A stretch of DNA of 63,911 nt, the filler included, from Octopus bimaculoides (taxonomy: Eukaryota): assembly GCF_001194135.2 (NCBI RefSeq). It is 9 parts of 7 records of this genome, joined end to end, with 100 filler letters (N's around TTAATTAATTAA, not from the genome) between each part and the next. Parts side by side here need not be neighbours in the genome. Positions count along the whole stretch, not along the records: positions 61,611 to 63,911 come from NC_069004.1; 8 more parts are not named here. One strand, written 5' to 3'. Below are positions 63,756 through 63,911 of this stretch, piece by piece. The notes below the pieces were generated by a model. It searched no databases. It saw only the letters and a list, made by a program, of their open reading frames with translations, and was not told the DNA's origin. The translations under genes and the position numbers were made by a program. The number at the start of each line of letters is the position of its first letter. Position 1 is the stretch's first letter.

Positions 63756-63911
63756 CCAGTGTATTTGAAAGGTGTGTCAATGGGAAGAGGAGGGAAGAAG
63801 AAGATTCTGTTTACAGCTGGTCAGTTCTTCCAATGACAAGTTTATTTTTGGCCTTTTAAAAAAAATGACAAAACCAGGTGGCATTGTTTGGAAGAAAGTT
63901 GTTTTTAAAAA
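63515..63911. repeat. Tandem repeat, period about 266 bp, units separated by (TG)n; second unit cut by the window end
   Basis: ttggccttttaaa..aaaaccaggtggcattgttt.gaagaaagttgtttt occurs at about 63583 and 63848. Confidence 0.8.

Overview
Repeat-dense eukaryotic genomic DNA, AT-rich, with very abundant (CA)n/(TA)n/(CT)n/(TACA)n/(ATC)n microsatellites and many N gaps. The SINE families resemble those I know from octopus, so the source is probably an octopod cephalopod (inference). Almost every ORF in the supplied track is microsatellite or gap noise. No host gene can be named. What the sequence supports: (i) a CpG-rich, mirror-symmetric NRF1/ETS/YY1-type promoter at about 16.74-16.82 kb with candidate first exons on both strands; (ii) one convincing but unidentified minus-strand coding exon (46801-46936) plus weaker candidate exons; (iii) decayed mobile elements: mariner, Tc1, hAT and long-TIR MITEs, Helitron, Gypsy gag-protease, RTE and CR1-type LINEs, two Penelope-like (GIY-YIG) elements, four fragments of an R4/Dong-like RLE retrotransposon, and over 25 SINE copies from about four families. 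The best leads are the R4/Dong-like fragments sitting in (TACA)n arrays (possible microsatellite-targeted retrotransposon), minimal hammerhead-ribozyme motifs in short elements lodged in (TA)n tracts, and the palindromic promoter with a uORF whose stop overlaps a downstream ATG. The eight N44-TTAATTAATTAA-N44 blocks are assembly linkers.
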